Source: Candidatus Versatilivorator sp. (lineage in GTDB: Bacteria; Acidobacteriota; Terriglobia; Versatilivoradales; Versatilivoraceae). From it: DNA of 64,000 nt. This document shows, piece by piece, positions 10,200 to 20,396 of this stretch. The translations under genes and the position numbers were made by a program. Location of the stretch: assembly GCA_965207735.1 (NCBI GenBank), contig OZ242296.1:2240001-2304000 (forward strand). Direction: 5' to 3'. Under the pieces are notes generated by a model, which was given only the letters and a program-made list of their open reading frames with translations, was not told where the DNA came from and ran no database searches. Each line of letters starts with the position of its first letter. Within the stretch, counting starts at the first letter, position 1.

Positions 10200-10387
10200 A
10201 CTCCCTTCGTGGATATCTTTTTCCTTTTCCTTCGCGACCCCTGGCAACCCCCTCCCGATCCTCCTCCAACCCCTTAGTGCCCCTTCGTGGACCTTCGTGC
10301 CCCTTCGTGGAAAAGTCTTTTTACCCCGTCAGGTTCTGCACGGACCCGCTTCGTGGCACTTCGTGGCGCTTCGCGGCCCTTCGTGGA
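10200..10387 (+). repeat. Family C array abutting the gspD stop codon
   Basis: Multiple cccttcgtgg / cttcgtggc motifs. Confidence 0.8.
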
Positions 10388-12613
10388 TCAGTTCGCGTCC
10401 CGGCTCAGCTCCTTCTTGAGGCCCTTGAGGGTGGATTTCAGTTCCTCGGTGAGATCGGCGGCCTGTTCGATGTCCTCGATGACCTGGGGGGTGATGAGGG
10501 CGATGAGCTCGGTGCGGGTCTTCTTTCGGGAGGTGGTGCCGAACAGCAGACCCAAACCCGGGATCCGGCCCAGCAGGGGAACCCGGTTCCTGGAAACGCC
10601 GTTGCTCTCGGAAATGATGCCTCCGATGGCGATGGTCTGTCCGTTCTTGACGGTCACCTGGGTATCGACGGAACGGATGTTGATGCTGGGAGACTGGATG
10701 CCCGAGGTGGGCGGAGGCCCCGGGCTGCTCACTTCCTGCTGTACCTCCAGGGTGACCCAGCCCCCGGCGTTGATTCGGGGGGTGACGCTGAGAATGACGC
10801 CGGTGTTGCGGTTCTGGATGGTGTTGGAGAAGAGGCTGGTGCCGCCGGTCCCGCCCGGAATCACACCCTGGGAGGTCAGGATGGGTATCTGGGATCCCAC
10901 CTGGATGTTGGCGGCCACGTTGTCGGAGGCGATGACGGTGGGGGCCGAAAGCACCCGGGAGCGGTTGCGGGTCTCCTGGGCATTCAGAAAAGACACCAGT
11001 TCGCGGGTGTCGCCCATCAGGACCCTGGTGGCCAGGTTCAGGCCCGCCGACACGGCGCCGCCGGGCCCGAAGCTGGCGGTGGTGTTGGAGGGGCCTGCAA
11101 CCGCCCGGTTGCCGCGCTCCTGCAGAAAGGCCGAGATGCCCATGGAGAGCTCGTCGTCCAGCACCACCTCGTAGATCTTGACGTTGATCAGGACCTGGCG
11201 GGGCACCCGGTCCAGCTCCCGGATGGTTTCCTCGATGACCTCGAAGTCCTGGGGGCTGCACTGGACGATGACGGCGTTGTTCTGATCGTCGGCGACGATC
11301 TTGATCTCTCCCTGCACGATCTCTTCCGACCTTGCCAGCGGATCGGCGGCGCCCGCCGCGGTCCCGGCCTGAGCGCTTTCGGGGGGGAGAAGGATCTCCT
11401 CCTCCTCTCGCTTGCCGGCTCCATAGATTTTCAGCAGCAGCTCGGCAATGGCCACGGCGTCGCCGTTCTGGATCTTGACGAAGAAGTTGCGAACCTCGCG
11501 GTTGAGACCGGCCTGGTCCAGCCGGGCGACCCAGCGGTCGACTTCCTTGAAGGTGCCCGGACCGGGGCCGATGGCCAGCACCGAGTTCAATCGGGGAATG
11601 GGCACGAACCGGACGGGAGAATCTCCCGCCAGGGCGTAGCCGGCGAAGATGTCCTCCAGCTCCAGGGCCAGGTTGGTGGCCCGGCTGTTCCTGAGCTCAT
11701 AGAGGCGGACGCGCTTGCCGCCGAACACGTCCGAGTCGAAGATCCGGACCAGCTCCAGCAGCTTGGCGACGTTGGCGGGAGTGTCGGTAACGATCAGAAA
11801 GTTGGCTGCCCGGTGGTAGGTGATGTCGCCGCCGTCCGAGAGAAAGGGGTTGAGCAGCTCGGCCATCTCGGCGGCCGGCACGAAGTCCATGGGAACGATC
11901 TGAAGCACCCGGCTGCCCCCCGCGGGCGCGGCGGAGGCTTCCCGGCCCCGTCGAATGTCCAGCGGCAGTTGCCTGGCGTTGCGGCTGGGAATGATGCGGT
12001 AGAGGGGCCCGGTCCTGACGATGGCGGCGCCGTTGATCTGCAGGACGAGCTCCAGCAGCGGCATCAGGTCGCTACGCCTCATCTCGCCGTAGGTAAGGAT
12101 GTTGACCACTCCCTGTACCCCGGGGTCGACGATGTAGTTCAGCTTCAGCTCGTCGGCGATGTTGCGAACGAACTCGAGCAGTCCGCAATCCACGCAATTG
12201 AAGCGGAAGCGGGCGTTGGGCCCGGTGGGTCCCGAAGTCTGCAGGATCGGGCGGGCCTCCGGATCGGAAACCTCCTCCGGCCCGGGCGCGGCGGCCTCGC
12301 CGGAAGCCGGCGGCTCCGCCTCGGCCTCGGCCGGGGCGGGAGCAGCCTGCGGGGCCGCGGAGCCAGTGCCTGGCGCCGGGCGGCGGCCTCCCCCGAAAGG
12401 CGTGGGGATCGGCTCGGGCTGCGACTCGGGCTCCCCGGCCTCGGGCTCCGAGTCCTCCTCCGCCGGCGGCGAGGCCTGGGCGGAATTGTCGGCCTGGTCT
12501 TCTTCGGCCAGGGCCTGCAGGGGCAGGATTATCCCCAGACCGATCAGCAGCGCCAGGGCAAAGCCCCGGCCCATTGAAGACGATGCGATTCGAACCATGA
12601 TGCGACTCCTCAC
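10388..12613 (-). CDS. gspD: Type II secretion secretin GspD
   Basis: N-domains, PRQVLINVKIYEV, RVLSAPTV...GSQIPI, VKNGQTIAIGGII...VPLLGRIPGLGLLF...RTELIALITP; Pro/Glu-rich N-terminal linker. Confidence 0.95.
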   Translation of the reverse strand: MRSRIMVRIASSSMGRGFALALLIGLGIILPLQALAEEDQADNSAQASPPAEEDSEPEAGEPESQPEPIPTPFGGGRRPAPGTGSAAPQAAPAPAEAEAEPPASGEAAAPGPEEVSDPEARPILQTSGPTGPNARFRFNCVDCGLLEFVRNIADELKLNYIVDPGVQGVVNILTYGEMRRSDLMPLLELVLQINGAAIVRTGPLYRIIPSRNARQLPLDIRRGREASAAPAGGSRVLQIVPMDFVPAAEMAELLNPFLSDGGDITYHRAANFLIVTDTPANVAKLLELVRIFDSDVFGGKRVRLYELRNSRATNLALELEDIFAGYALAGDSPVRFVPIPRLNSVLAIGPGPGTFKEVDRWVARLDQAGLNREVRNFFVKIQNGDAVAIAELLLKIYGAGKREEEEILLPPESAQAGTAAGAADPLARSEEIVQGEIKIVADDQNNAVIVQCSPQDFEVIEETIRELDRVPRQVLINVKIYEVVLDDELSMGISAFLQERGNRAVAGPSNTTASFGPGGAVSAGLNLATRVLMGDTRELVSFLNAQETRNRSRVLSAPTVIASDNVAANIQVGSQIPILTSQGVIPGGTGGTSLFSNTIQNRNTGVILSVTPRINAGGWVTLEVQQEVSSPGPPPTSGIQSPSINIRSVDTQVTVKNGQTIAIGGIISESNGVSRNRVPLLGRIPGLGLLFGTTSRKKTRTELIALITPQVIEDIEQAADLTEELKSTLKGLKKELSRDAN

Positions 12614-12654
12614 GCGCTGCCCGCCCGGGTGTTCAAGAGACCCCGGGGGAGGGG

Positions 12655-13419
12655 CTATTTCGATTTGTCCTCGACCCAGGACCTGACGGGCCCGAAAGGG
12701 GTACTCTCCTCGACCAGACGCTTGCCGCCCACGACCGTTCCCACCGGCACCTCCCAGGTCTTGGGCAGCTGCTTCGCTTGCGATCTCGACCGGGTCTGCC
12801 GCCTTCTGGCGGCCGCTTCCCGCCTCTCCCTGGAACTGCTCCCGGAACCGACGCCGGTCGTTCGGGACCGTGTAGTCCGGGCGGGGCCGGCGGTGCGGGC
12901 GGCGCTGGGAGTGCGGGCCGTCCTCCTCGGTTTCCTGGATCGATCGTGCAGGCCGACCTTGACCTCCCTGTTGCCTGTCTTCATGACCACCCGATCGGCC
13001 TCGATGCGCACCAGGGTGTAGCCGTCCAGCTCTTCACCCACCTTGAGACGGCGATAGAGGCCGCCGGAGCTTCGGGAGCTCCCCGAAACCATGAGGGCAA
13101 CCTCTTCCCCCCCAATCCCCATGGTCCCCATCAGGACCGGCGCGGGCCGAAGCAGCACCTGCTGCTCTTCCACAGCCTCCTCGGGGAGATCGTTGTGGCG
13201 GTCGGAGTGGAAGAGGTGGTGGCCGGCAATGGCGCCGGCATCGGAGGCCGAGACCGGGGAGTCCGGCAGGCTGGAAGCGGCGGCTGCTTCGGGACCGGGT
13301 CCGGGGGAATCGAGGCGGCCCTCGCCCTCGGCCATGCCCCAGTTGTCGGCCAGCAGATAAACCCAGAGGGCGGCCAGCCCCAGCAGCAGCAGATTGACCT
13401 GAACCGTTCGTCTTTTCAC
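12655..13419 (-). CDS. GspC/XpsN-like T2SS inner-membrane protein
   Basis: N-terminal TM; HLFHSDR motif; VLMGTMGIG...LKVGEELDGYTLVRIEADRVV HR-like domain; lies between gspM and gspD. Confidence 0.65.
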   Translation of the reverse strand: MKRRTVQVNLLLLGLAALWVYLLADNWGMAEGEGRLDSPGPGPEAAAASSLPDSPVSASDAGAIAGHHLFHSDRHNDLPEEAVEEQQVLLRPAPVLMGTMGIGGEEVALMVSGSSRSSGGLYRRLKVGEELDGYTLVRIEADRVVMKTGNREVKVGLHDRSRKPRRTARTPSAARTAGPARTTRSRTTGVGSGSSSRERREAAARRRQTRSRSQAKQLPKTWEVPVGTVVGGKRLVEESTPFGPVRSWVEDKSK

Positions 13420-14042
13420 GATGCGCCTCCTTTGCGTCCGGAGGAGCCGGCCGCCGCCGGATCCTTGCCGGCCTGCGCCGGCTGGGCCCGCTTCAGGGCC
13501 GAGACCGCCAGCGTCACCCGGATGTCCTTGTTCTTGGGATCGTTAGGACGGACAGGGGAAATCCGGAGGTCCTCCACGAAGAGGATCTTGGGTCCCGTCC
13601 CCATGGCGTCCACGAAGTCCACCCATTGATGAATCCCCCCGCTCAGGCTGATGCGGGTCGAGACCTTGCTGTAGCGGGGACTGATCTCCTCCACCGGGAG
13701 CAGATCGCTGTTGCGGATGGTCAGCCCCTGGGCGGCGGCGATATCGCGGACCAGGCCCTGGATCTCGGCCCCGGCCAGGGCGTCGCCGGGGCTGTCGAGC
13801 AACCCTTGCTCCAACGCCTGGGTGCGGCGCCGGAGTCGGTCCAGCTCGGACCGGGTGCGGTCCTGCCCTTGCAGCATCCGCCGGTAGTTGCTCACCCGCC
13901 GGGCCTGGAACTCGGCATTGGCCCGGGTGTCGGCCAGCGAATCCCAGAAGGGCAGCAGCAGCAGGTCCACCAGCAAATAGAGGACCACCGCCAGGCCGCC
14001 CCAGACCAGCAGGGACTTCTCACGCCGGGAGAGACGGGTCAT
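13416..14042 (-). CDS. gspM: T2SS protein GspM (GspMb/PilO-like)
   Basis: LSRREKSLL plus TM, coiled coil and ferredoxin-like C-domain; position in operon. Confidence 0.8.
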   Translation of the reverse strand: MTRLSRREKSLLVWGGLAVVLYLLVDLLLLPFWDSLADTRANAEFQARRVSNYRRMLQGQDRTRSELDRLRRRTQALEQGLLDSPGDALAGAEIQGLVRDIAAAQGLTIRNSDLLPVEEISPRYSKVSTRISLSGGIHQWVDFVDAMGTGPKILFVEDLRISPVRPNDPKNKDIRVTLAVSALKRAQPAQAGKDPAAAGSSGRKGGAS

Positions 14043-15508
14043 GGCGTCACCTCCCCGGGGGAATCGGCCGCGCCGGAATCGGGGGCGGAAGGTTCAACCG
14101 ATCCGGCCGGCTCCTGCAGTCGGGCCTGGAGGTGGAAGGTCTCCCGTCCCTTGGAGTTGCGGCTGATGGAGGCAACCAGCTCCACCTGCCCGAAATGGCG
14201 CGAGTCTTCCAGGACCCTGGGCAGGGCCGCCGCCTGGCCGGCGGTTCCCTGGATGCGGAGCTGCCCTTCCTGCAGGTTCAACAGCGTCACCACCGCATCG
14301 GCAGGCAGGATGCGGGAGAGCTCGGCCAGGCCGGCCAGAAGGTGGGCGTTGCGGCTCCGGTGGGAATCCAGCAGGCCGGCCCGCTCCCGCCACAGGTCCC
14401 TCTCGGCCTCCAGCTTCCGGAAGGCGCTCACCGCCGGCTGCAGGCGCTCACGCTCCCGGCTCAGGCGCTCCGACCAGGCCCGCTGCTGCACGGGCCCCTG
14501 CAGCAGCAGCGCCAGCAGCAGCAGGGCGTTCAAGGCCGCCAGGGCGTAGGTGGGAACCCATTCCCAGCGCGACTTGTGGGGTCGCAGCTCGACAGGCAGC
14601 AGGTTGACCGCCAGGGACCCCTTGCGCTTGAAGCCGCAGAAGGCCGCCGCCAGGGCCGGCCAGTCGGCTGAAGAGGGACGAGCCGGGGCACGGGAGGGGC
14701 CGGAGGGCTCGGGCGGGTGCAGCGACCGAAGGGACAGCCGCACCCCGGATTCGGCCAGGGGTTCGCTATCGCCCGCCAGGAAGAGCTTGATTGGCGCTTC
14801 CTCGCCCAGCCCGGCCTCTCCCCGGAAGAGCTCGGTTTCGCTTTCCAGGACCTCCTCGAGGTTGGAGGAGTCATATCGGAATTCCTTGCAGAACCTCAGT
14901 TGGCCCTCGACCACCCCGGCCAGCTCCCCCCGGGTCGGGTCCAGCCGGACCGCCAGGACGGGAGCGGCCGCGGCTCCGGGCGCCCTGACCCGCAGGTAGT
15001 CGGCCAGGGCCACCGCCCCGGGCAGGATGCGGTCGGGGGAGAGGCCCAGCTCGCGGCAGGAGGCCAGGGTGCGCTCCAGGACGGACCGCAGCACCACGAA
15101 GAGGGTGACCCGCAGCCGGGGCGGGTCGGAGTGCTCCTGCACCGCCAGCGTGTCGGTAGCCACCGCCTGCTCCTCGGAGGGCAGCAGGTGGACCAATTGG
15201 TAGTCCACCACCTTGGCCAGGTTCTCGCGGGCCTCCAGGGGCAGCTCCAGTTGACGCAGCAACACCTCCCGGCGCGGCAGGGCCACCACCAGGTTGTAGT
15301 GGGCGGCCCGATTCTTCTCCAGGAAGGCCTGTACCCGGCGGCGGCGCTGGTCGGGCGGCATGGCCCGGAAGCCTTCGATGGTCTCGGCGTCCACCCGGCG
15401 CACCCGCTGCCAGTGGGAGGAGAGCAGGCTGAGGTGGAGGGCGTCGGGGCCGAAGGCCACTCCCAGGGAGAGCTGCTTGAGAAAGGCGGCGGAGCTCAGG
15501 AGGTCCAT
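14039..15508 (-). CDS. gspL: T2SS protein GspL (PilM/PilN-like fusion)
   Basis: Start MDLLSS at 15508 with AGGAGG RBS; VVALPRREVLLRQLELP, VNLLP, TM and PilN-like C-terminus. Confidence 0.8.
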   Translation of the reverse strand: MDLLSSAAFLKQLSLGVAFGPDALHLSLLSSHWQRVRRVDAETIEGFRAMPPDQRRRRVQAFLEKNRAAHYNLVVALPRREVLLRQLELPLEARENLAKVVDYQLVHLLPSEEQAVATDTLAVQEHSDPPRLRVTLFVVLRSVLERTLASCRELGLSPDRILPGAVALADYLRVRAPGAAAAPVLAVRLDPTRGELAGVVEGQLRFCKEFRYDSSNLEEVLESETELFRGEAGLGEEAPIKLFLAGDSEPLAESGVRLSLRSLHPPEPSGPSRAPARPSSADWPALAAAFCGFKRKGSLAVNLLPVELRPHKSRWEWVPTYALAALNALLLLALLLQGPVQQRAWSERLSRERERLQPAVSAFRKLEAERDLWRERAGLLDSHRSRNAHLLAGLAELSRILPADAVVTLLNLQEGQLRIQGTAGQAAALPRVLEDSRHFGQVELVASISRNSKGRETFHLQARLQEPAGSVEPSAPDSGAADSPGEVTP

Positions 15509-16563
15509 GGGCCTCCTTTCGCGAGTCCGAGTTTCGAGAGCCCACGGGAAGTCCGGCGGGCGGCAGCGCCATTGGAGGGGGTTGCGAACCTCCGGACCTC
15601 GGGCGAAGGCCAGTACTGGTCGTACCAGACCAGCCGCTGGTGTCCCAGCCTGGATCGGGCGTTCTTGCGGGCGACCACCCGGAGGCTCCTGCGGGTGGCG
15701 CTGCCCTCCAGCCAGGCGGTGGCCACCAGGCTGAAGGTGTCCGAGGCTTCGGTGGTCAGAAAGGGGAGGGCCTCGGGCGGCGCGCGGCCGGTGAGGTCGG
15801 AGGCTTCCAGCAGGCGGCGGGCGCGGGCGTCCACCAGGGACCGGGCCTGCTCGAAGCCCATGCCGGGCAGGGCCGCCAGCACCTCGGGGGCCGCGTAGTT
15901 GACGTTGACCCTGCCGGTGGCGGTGTAGACCGTCAGGAAGTCCATCAGCCCCCGCTGAAAGACGGTTCGCCCGTCCCGTTGGCGGCGGGGCCGGCCGTAG
16001 AGCAGCTCCCGTTCCATGCCGGGAACCTGCAGCAGTTCTTCCACGAAACGGAAGCGGCGGCTCCCGGAGCCGGATACCCCGGAGCCCACGCCGGGATTCC
16101 GCCAGGCCGCCACCGCCGCGGCCAGGGTCTCGGCCTGGAACGGGTTGGCGCCCACGATCCTCAGCAGCCTCTCCAGGGTCCGCGGGGCGGCGGCGTTGAG
16201 GTCCAGCCTGCCGGCTTCGTCCATGAGGGCCAGGTGGCAACGCAGTTTCCGGCTGCTGAGCCGGTAGTGGTTCATCCCGCCGGCATAGGGGAAGAGGGCC
16301 TGGTGCTTCCGGGGGTCGGGGTCGGGGTAGGCCAGGCGGTAGAGCACCGCTTCCAGCGCCCCCCGGGCAAAGAAGTAGGCCTGCTCGGCCTCGCCCGAGG
16401 CTCGGGCCAGGGTGGCCTCGGTGCGCACGGTGGCCGCCAGGGTGAGCGCCAGCAGGGAGAGCCCCACCATGATCCAGAGGACGGTGATGAGAACGACGCC
16501 GCGGGGGTCGGAAAGCCGCCCTGTGGCTCTGGTGTCCAACTTGTTCGAGTGCGGTCTTCTCAC
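15496..16563 (-). CDS. gspK: Minor pseudopilin GspK
   Basis: RG-VVLITVLW prepilin site lacking E5; DEAGRLDLNAA, FVEELLQVPGM, GRVNVNYA. Confidence 0.9.
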   Translation of the reverse strand: MRRPHSNKLDTRATGRLSDPRGVVLITVLWIMVGLSLLALTLAATVRTEATLARASGEAEQAYFFARGALEAVLYRLAYPDPDPRKHQALFPYAGGMNHYRLSSRKLRCHLALMDEAGRLDLNAAAPRTLERLLRIVGANPFQAETLAAAVAAWRNPGVGSGVSGSGSRRFRFVEELLQVPGMERELLYGRPRRQRDGRTVFQRGLMDFLTVYTATGRVNVNYAAPEVLAALPGMGFEQARSLVDARARRLLEASDLTGRAPPEALPFLTTEASDTFSLVATAWLEGSATRRSLRVVARKNARSRLGHQRLVWYDQYWPSPEVRRFATPSNGAAARRTSRGLSKLGLAKGGPWTS

Positions 16564-16595
16564 GGCCGTTCTACCTTATCTTTATATACAGGCTC

Positions 16596-17396
16596 TCAGT
16601 GGCCGCCGACGGGCACCGCCACCTCGAAGGTTTTCGAGCCCCAGGGACCCTGGCCGTTCCAGCGCAGGCTGAGCTGGATGCCGGAGGGGAGTTGGGGCCG
16701 GAAGGCACGCCCGGGGCGGCGCCTGAAACGCCGCGGATCGATCCGGGACCCAAGCGGGAACCTCTCTTCCCGCGGCCGGGCCAGCGTGCGGAACGCCACC
16801 GATGACAGTCCCTCGGCCAGGGTCAGAGAACGGGGGCCGGGCCGAGGCAGAGACAGATTGGCCAGGAAGCGGTTGTCCTCGGTTTGAGTGACACCCCGGA
16901 TGACGGGGCCCCTCAGCCGGGCCTCCGGGGGCAGCGGGCGTTCGTTGAGCAGCAGGCGGCGGCCGGTGGCGCCGGAGCCGGGATCGGAGTTGGCCGCGAA
17001 GACCTGCACGAACCGCAGCCCTCCGGCGAAGCCCGAGGCGGCCGACCAGGTGGTGACGAAGCCCAGGCTTCGGGAGGTGGCCCGGAAAAGCAGCACCGGC
17101 ACCGGCCGGCCTTCGTGGTCCTGGCTGGAGACGTAGGGCGCCATGGAGGCGATCTGGCGGCTGAGGACGTCCAGGGAAGCGTTGGAGGCCTGCCAGGCCT
17201 CCAGGGAAGCCTCGGCCTTCTCCCGGGCGCTAAGCCCTACGCTGTAGCCCAGGTGGATGAAGACCGCCACCAGCCCGATGAGGGAGAAGCTCACCAGCAG
17301 TTCCATGAGGGTGAAGCCGGGGGCAAGCGATGATTGCTGCCGCCGCCTACGCGGCTCGGAGCGTGGGGCTGACGTTATCCATGGGCTTACGCCCAC
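16596..17396 (-). CDS. gspJ: Minor pseudopilin GspJ-like; start uncertain (GTG 17396, or ATG 17561/17630/17690)
   Basis: G-FTLMELLV prepilin motif at 17318; position between gspI and gspK; every in-frame start lies within or upstream of a REP element. Confidence 0.75.
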   Translation of the reverse strand: MGVSPWITSAPRSEPRRRRQQSSLAPGFTLMELLVSFSLIGLVAVFIHLGYSVGLSAREKAEASLEAWQASNASLDVLSRQIASMAPYVSSQDHEGRPVPVLLFRATSRSLGFVTTWSAASGFAGGLRFVQVFAANSDPGSGATGRRLLLNERPLPPEARLRGPVIRGVTQTEDNRFLANLSLPRPGPRSLTLAEGLSSVAFRTLARPREERFPLGSRIDPRRFRRRPGRAFRPQLPSGIQLSLRWNGQGPWGSKTFEVAVPVGGH

Positions 17397-18560
17397 GGCT
17401 ACCTGCTGCCGCCGCTGCGCGGCTCGGTTGGAACCCTCAGCGTGGCGCCCCTTCGCAACTCCAATGGCCCCCGCGGGCCGGGGCCCCTTCGCGGCTCGGC
17501 TTGTAGCCCACGGCTGGGAGCACTTCGCGGCTATATTCGATCTCCAAGGCCGGCGCTGCATCGCGGCTCGGCTTGTAGCCCTGGGCGTGTGCCCGGGGGT
17601 GATTTGTTTATGATTTCCGGTTTGTCTCATTGGGTGTTGCGGCACGTTGGCGGGCCAGGGCCGGCATCTCTTTCCTTCTTCCTCCTTCATCTAGATCGCT
17701 CGAACGGGGAAAAAGTCGAAAGAGGGGGCAAGAAAGGACGACGAACCGCAAATGGACACGAAAAAAAGAGATATCCACGAAGGGCCACCAAGAACGGCGA
17801 AGGGCCACCAAGCGGTACGGAGCTGCTTCAACGGCACGCGGCGCCTGCCCCCCACCGGATCGACGGCGGGCTGCGCCCTTGTCTCTCCGACTCCCCCTCA
17901 AGGGGGGAGTGATACTCGAGGCTTGCATGGGGCGCCTTGCCCGATTTCTGGGCAGGATGTAAACCATGTTCCCGGTTTAATGTGTAAACGCCGTTCCCGG
18001 TTAGTGCCCGCTATCACTCCCCCCTTGAGGGGGAGTCGCAGAAGCCGAGCCGAATGGCGAAGGCTGATGCGGAGGGGGGCCAACTCGGCGTCTCCGAACG
18101 GTAGCGCCGAATGGTGAAGGCTGATGCGGTGGGGGGCGGACGCCGGCGCAGCTTTGCGGCAACGCGTGCCGTTGAAGCAGGTCCGTCTGGCTTTGCGGCT
18201 CTGCGAGTACTGCCGATTGCCACTTACGCGACGCCGAGTCTGCCCCCCTCCGGATCGACGGCGGGCGGAGCCCTTGTCTCTCCGACTCCCCCTCAAGGGG
18301 GGAGTGATACTTGAGGCTTGCATGGGGCGCCTTGCCCGATTCCTGGGCAGGATGTAAACCATGTTCCCGGTTTAATGTGTAAACGCCGTTCTCGGTTAGT
18401 GCCCGCTATCACTCCCCCCTTGAGGGGGAGTCGCAGAAGCCGAGCCGAATGGCGAAGGCTGATGCGGTGGGGGGCCAACTCGGCGTCTCCGAACGGTAGA
18501 GCCGTATGGCGAAGGCTGATGCGGTGGGGGGCATACGCCGGCGCTCCCGGGGGGATCTCT
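17335..18560. repeat. Composite repeat block (families A, C, B) between gspJ and gspI copy 1
   Basis: Family A at 17335-17590, family C at ~17750-17810, family B doublets at ~17890/18013 and 18285/18408. Confidence 0.9.
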
Positions 18561-18584
18561 TTCCGGGGAGCATGCCGGAGCCGG

Positions 18585-19016
18585 TCATTGTTCGCGCGGG
18601 ACGGGGACCCAGGTCATGGTCTCCAATGAATAGCGGTTCTCGGACCCGCTGCCCGGCCAGGCGACCTGCAGCCGGACCCGGGCCAGCCGGTAGGCTCTGC
18701 GGGGCCCTTCCTCCTCGTCGCCGCCGGCGGCTTCGATCTGGGCCCGCCAGCGGTACTTGCCGCCGAACTCCCCCGAGCGGGCCGCCGGCTCCCTGCCCTG
18801 CCGCAGAGCCAGGCAGATCTCATTGAGCTTCATCTGGGCGTTGCGGACCAGCGTCTCGCGGTCCTCAATGCGGGAGACCGACTGCAGCGAGCCCGACAGC
18901 ACTCCGAACAGCGCCACAAAACCCACTCCCAGGATGGTCACGGCCACCAGCACTTCTATCAGGGTGAAACCCTGGGCGGCGGGCTTGGAAGCAGGTTTTC
19001 GGGCCATCGGCAGCAT
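18585..19016 (-). CDS. gspI: Minor pseudopilin GspI-like, copy 1
   Basis: MLPMARKPASKPAAQG-FTLIEVLVAV; purine-rich RBS. Confidence 0.85.
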   Translation of the reverse strand: MLPMARKPASKPAAQGFTLIEVLVAVTILGVGFVALFGVLSGSLQSVSRIEDRETLVRNAQMKLNEICLALRQGREPAARSGEFGGKYRWRAQIEAAGGDEEEGPRRAYRLARVRLQVAWPGSGSENRYSLETMTWVPVPREQ

Positions 19017-19149
19017 CTCTCTTCCCTTCCCCTTAGAGCGTTTGAATCGCAAGAAAGTCGAAAGAGGCGTCGGGGATTGTGGATTTTGGATTGTAGGTTA
19101 TCGATTTGGGGCGCATTCAGACGTCGTAGGTCCCAATCGACTGATGGTC

Positions 19150-19940
19150 GCTCACGGGACGCCGGGTTGGCCCCCCTCTGGCTCGACGGCGGGCTGCGCT
19201 TTCTCGCGACGCCGAGTCTGCCCCCCACCGGATCGACGGCGGGCTGCGCCCTGTGGTAGTCACTCTCGGGGCGCCGAGTCTGCCCCCCTCCGGATCGACG
19301 GCGGGCTGCGCCCTTGTCTCTCCGACTCCCCCTCAAGGGGGGAGTGATACTCGAGGCTTGCATGGGGCGCCTTGCCCGATTCCTGGGCAGGGTGTAAACC
19401 ATGTTCCCGGTCTAACGCATAAACTCCGTTCCCCCTTCATAACACGGATATCACTCCCCCCTTGAGGGGGAGTCGCAGAAGTCGAGCCGAATGGCGAAGG
19501 CTGATGCGGTGGGGGGCGGACGCCGGCGCGGCTTTGCGGCAACGCGTGCCGTTGAAGCAGGTCCGTCTGGCTTTGCGGCTCTGCGAGTACTGCCGATTGA
19601 CACTTTCGGGACGCCGAGTCTGCCCCCCTCCGGATCGACGGCGGGCTGCGCCCTTGTCTCTCCGACTCCCCCTCAAGGGGGGAGTGATACTTGAGGCTTG
19701 CATGGGGCGCCTTGCCCGATTCCTGGGCAGGATGTAAACCATGTTCCCGGTTTAATGTGTAAACGCCGTTCTCGGTTAGTGCCCGCTATCACTCCCCCCT
19801 TGAGGGGGAGTCGCAGAAGCCGAGCCGAATGGCGAAGGCTGATGCGGTGGGGGGCCAACTCGGCGTCTCCGAACGGTAGAGCCGTATGGCGAAGGCTGAT
19901 GCGGTGGGGGGCATACGCCGGCGCTCCCGGGGGGATCTCT
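19150..19940. repeat. Family B doublet array between the two gspI copies
   Basis: Inverted pairs at ~19325/19450 and 19665/19788; 19486-19960 is near-identical to 18106-18580. Confidence 0.9.
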
Positions 19941-19964
19941 TTCCGGGGAGCATGCCGGAGCCCG

Positions 19965-20396
19965 TCATTGTTCGCGCGGGACGGGGACCCAGGTCATGGT
20001 TTCGAGTTGGTAGCGGTTCTCGGACCCGCTGCCCGGCCAGGCGACCTGCAGCCGGACCCGGGCCAGCCGGTAGGCTCTGCGGGGCCCTTCCTCCTCGTCG
20101 CCGCCGGCGGCTTCGATCTGGGCCCGCCAGCGGTACTTGCCGCCGAACTCCCCCGAGCGGGCCGCCGGCTGCCTGCCCTGCCGCAGAGCCAGGCAGATCT
20201 CATTGAGCTTCATCTGGGCGTTGCGGACCAGCGTCTCGCGGTCCTCAATGCGGGAGACCGACTGCAGCGAGCCCGACAGCACTCCGAACAGCGCCACAAA
20301 ACCCACTCCCAGGATGGTCACGGCCACCAGCACTTCCATCAGGGTGAAACCCTGGGCGGCGGGCTTGGAAGCAGGTTTTTGGGCCATCGGCAGCAT
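19965..20396 (-). CDS. gspI: Minor pseudopilin GspI-like, copy 2
   Basis: Exactly 1380 bp from copy 1; MLPMAQKPASKPAAQG-FTLMEVLVAV. Confidence 0.85.
   Translation of the reverse strand: MLPMAQKPASKPAAQGFTLMEVLVAVTILGVGFVALFGVLSGSLQSVSRIEDRETLVRNAQMKLNEICLALRQGRQPAARSGEFGGKYRWRAQIEAAGGDEEEGPRRAYRLARVRLQVAWPGSGSENRYQLETMTWVPVPREQ

Noticed and set aside
9947-12577. 876-aa plus-strand ORF and similar long antisense ORFs (3519-5339, 31894-33978, 37519-39357)
   Set aside because: GC-rich shadow frames opposite well-supported genes, with no recognisable motifs.
15509-16240. N-terminal 244 aa of the 733-aa ORF
   Set aside because: Alternative frame overlapping gspK; gspL has its own RBS and ATG at 15508.
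18585-20396. Diversity-generating retroelement TR/VR pair for gspI
   Set aside because: The differences are not confined to adenines, both copies are whole genes and there is no reverse transcriptase in the window.
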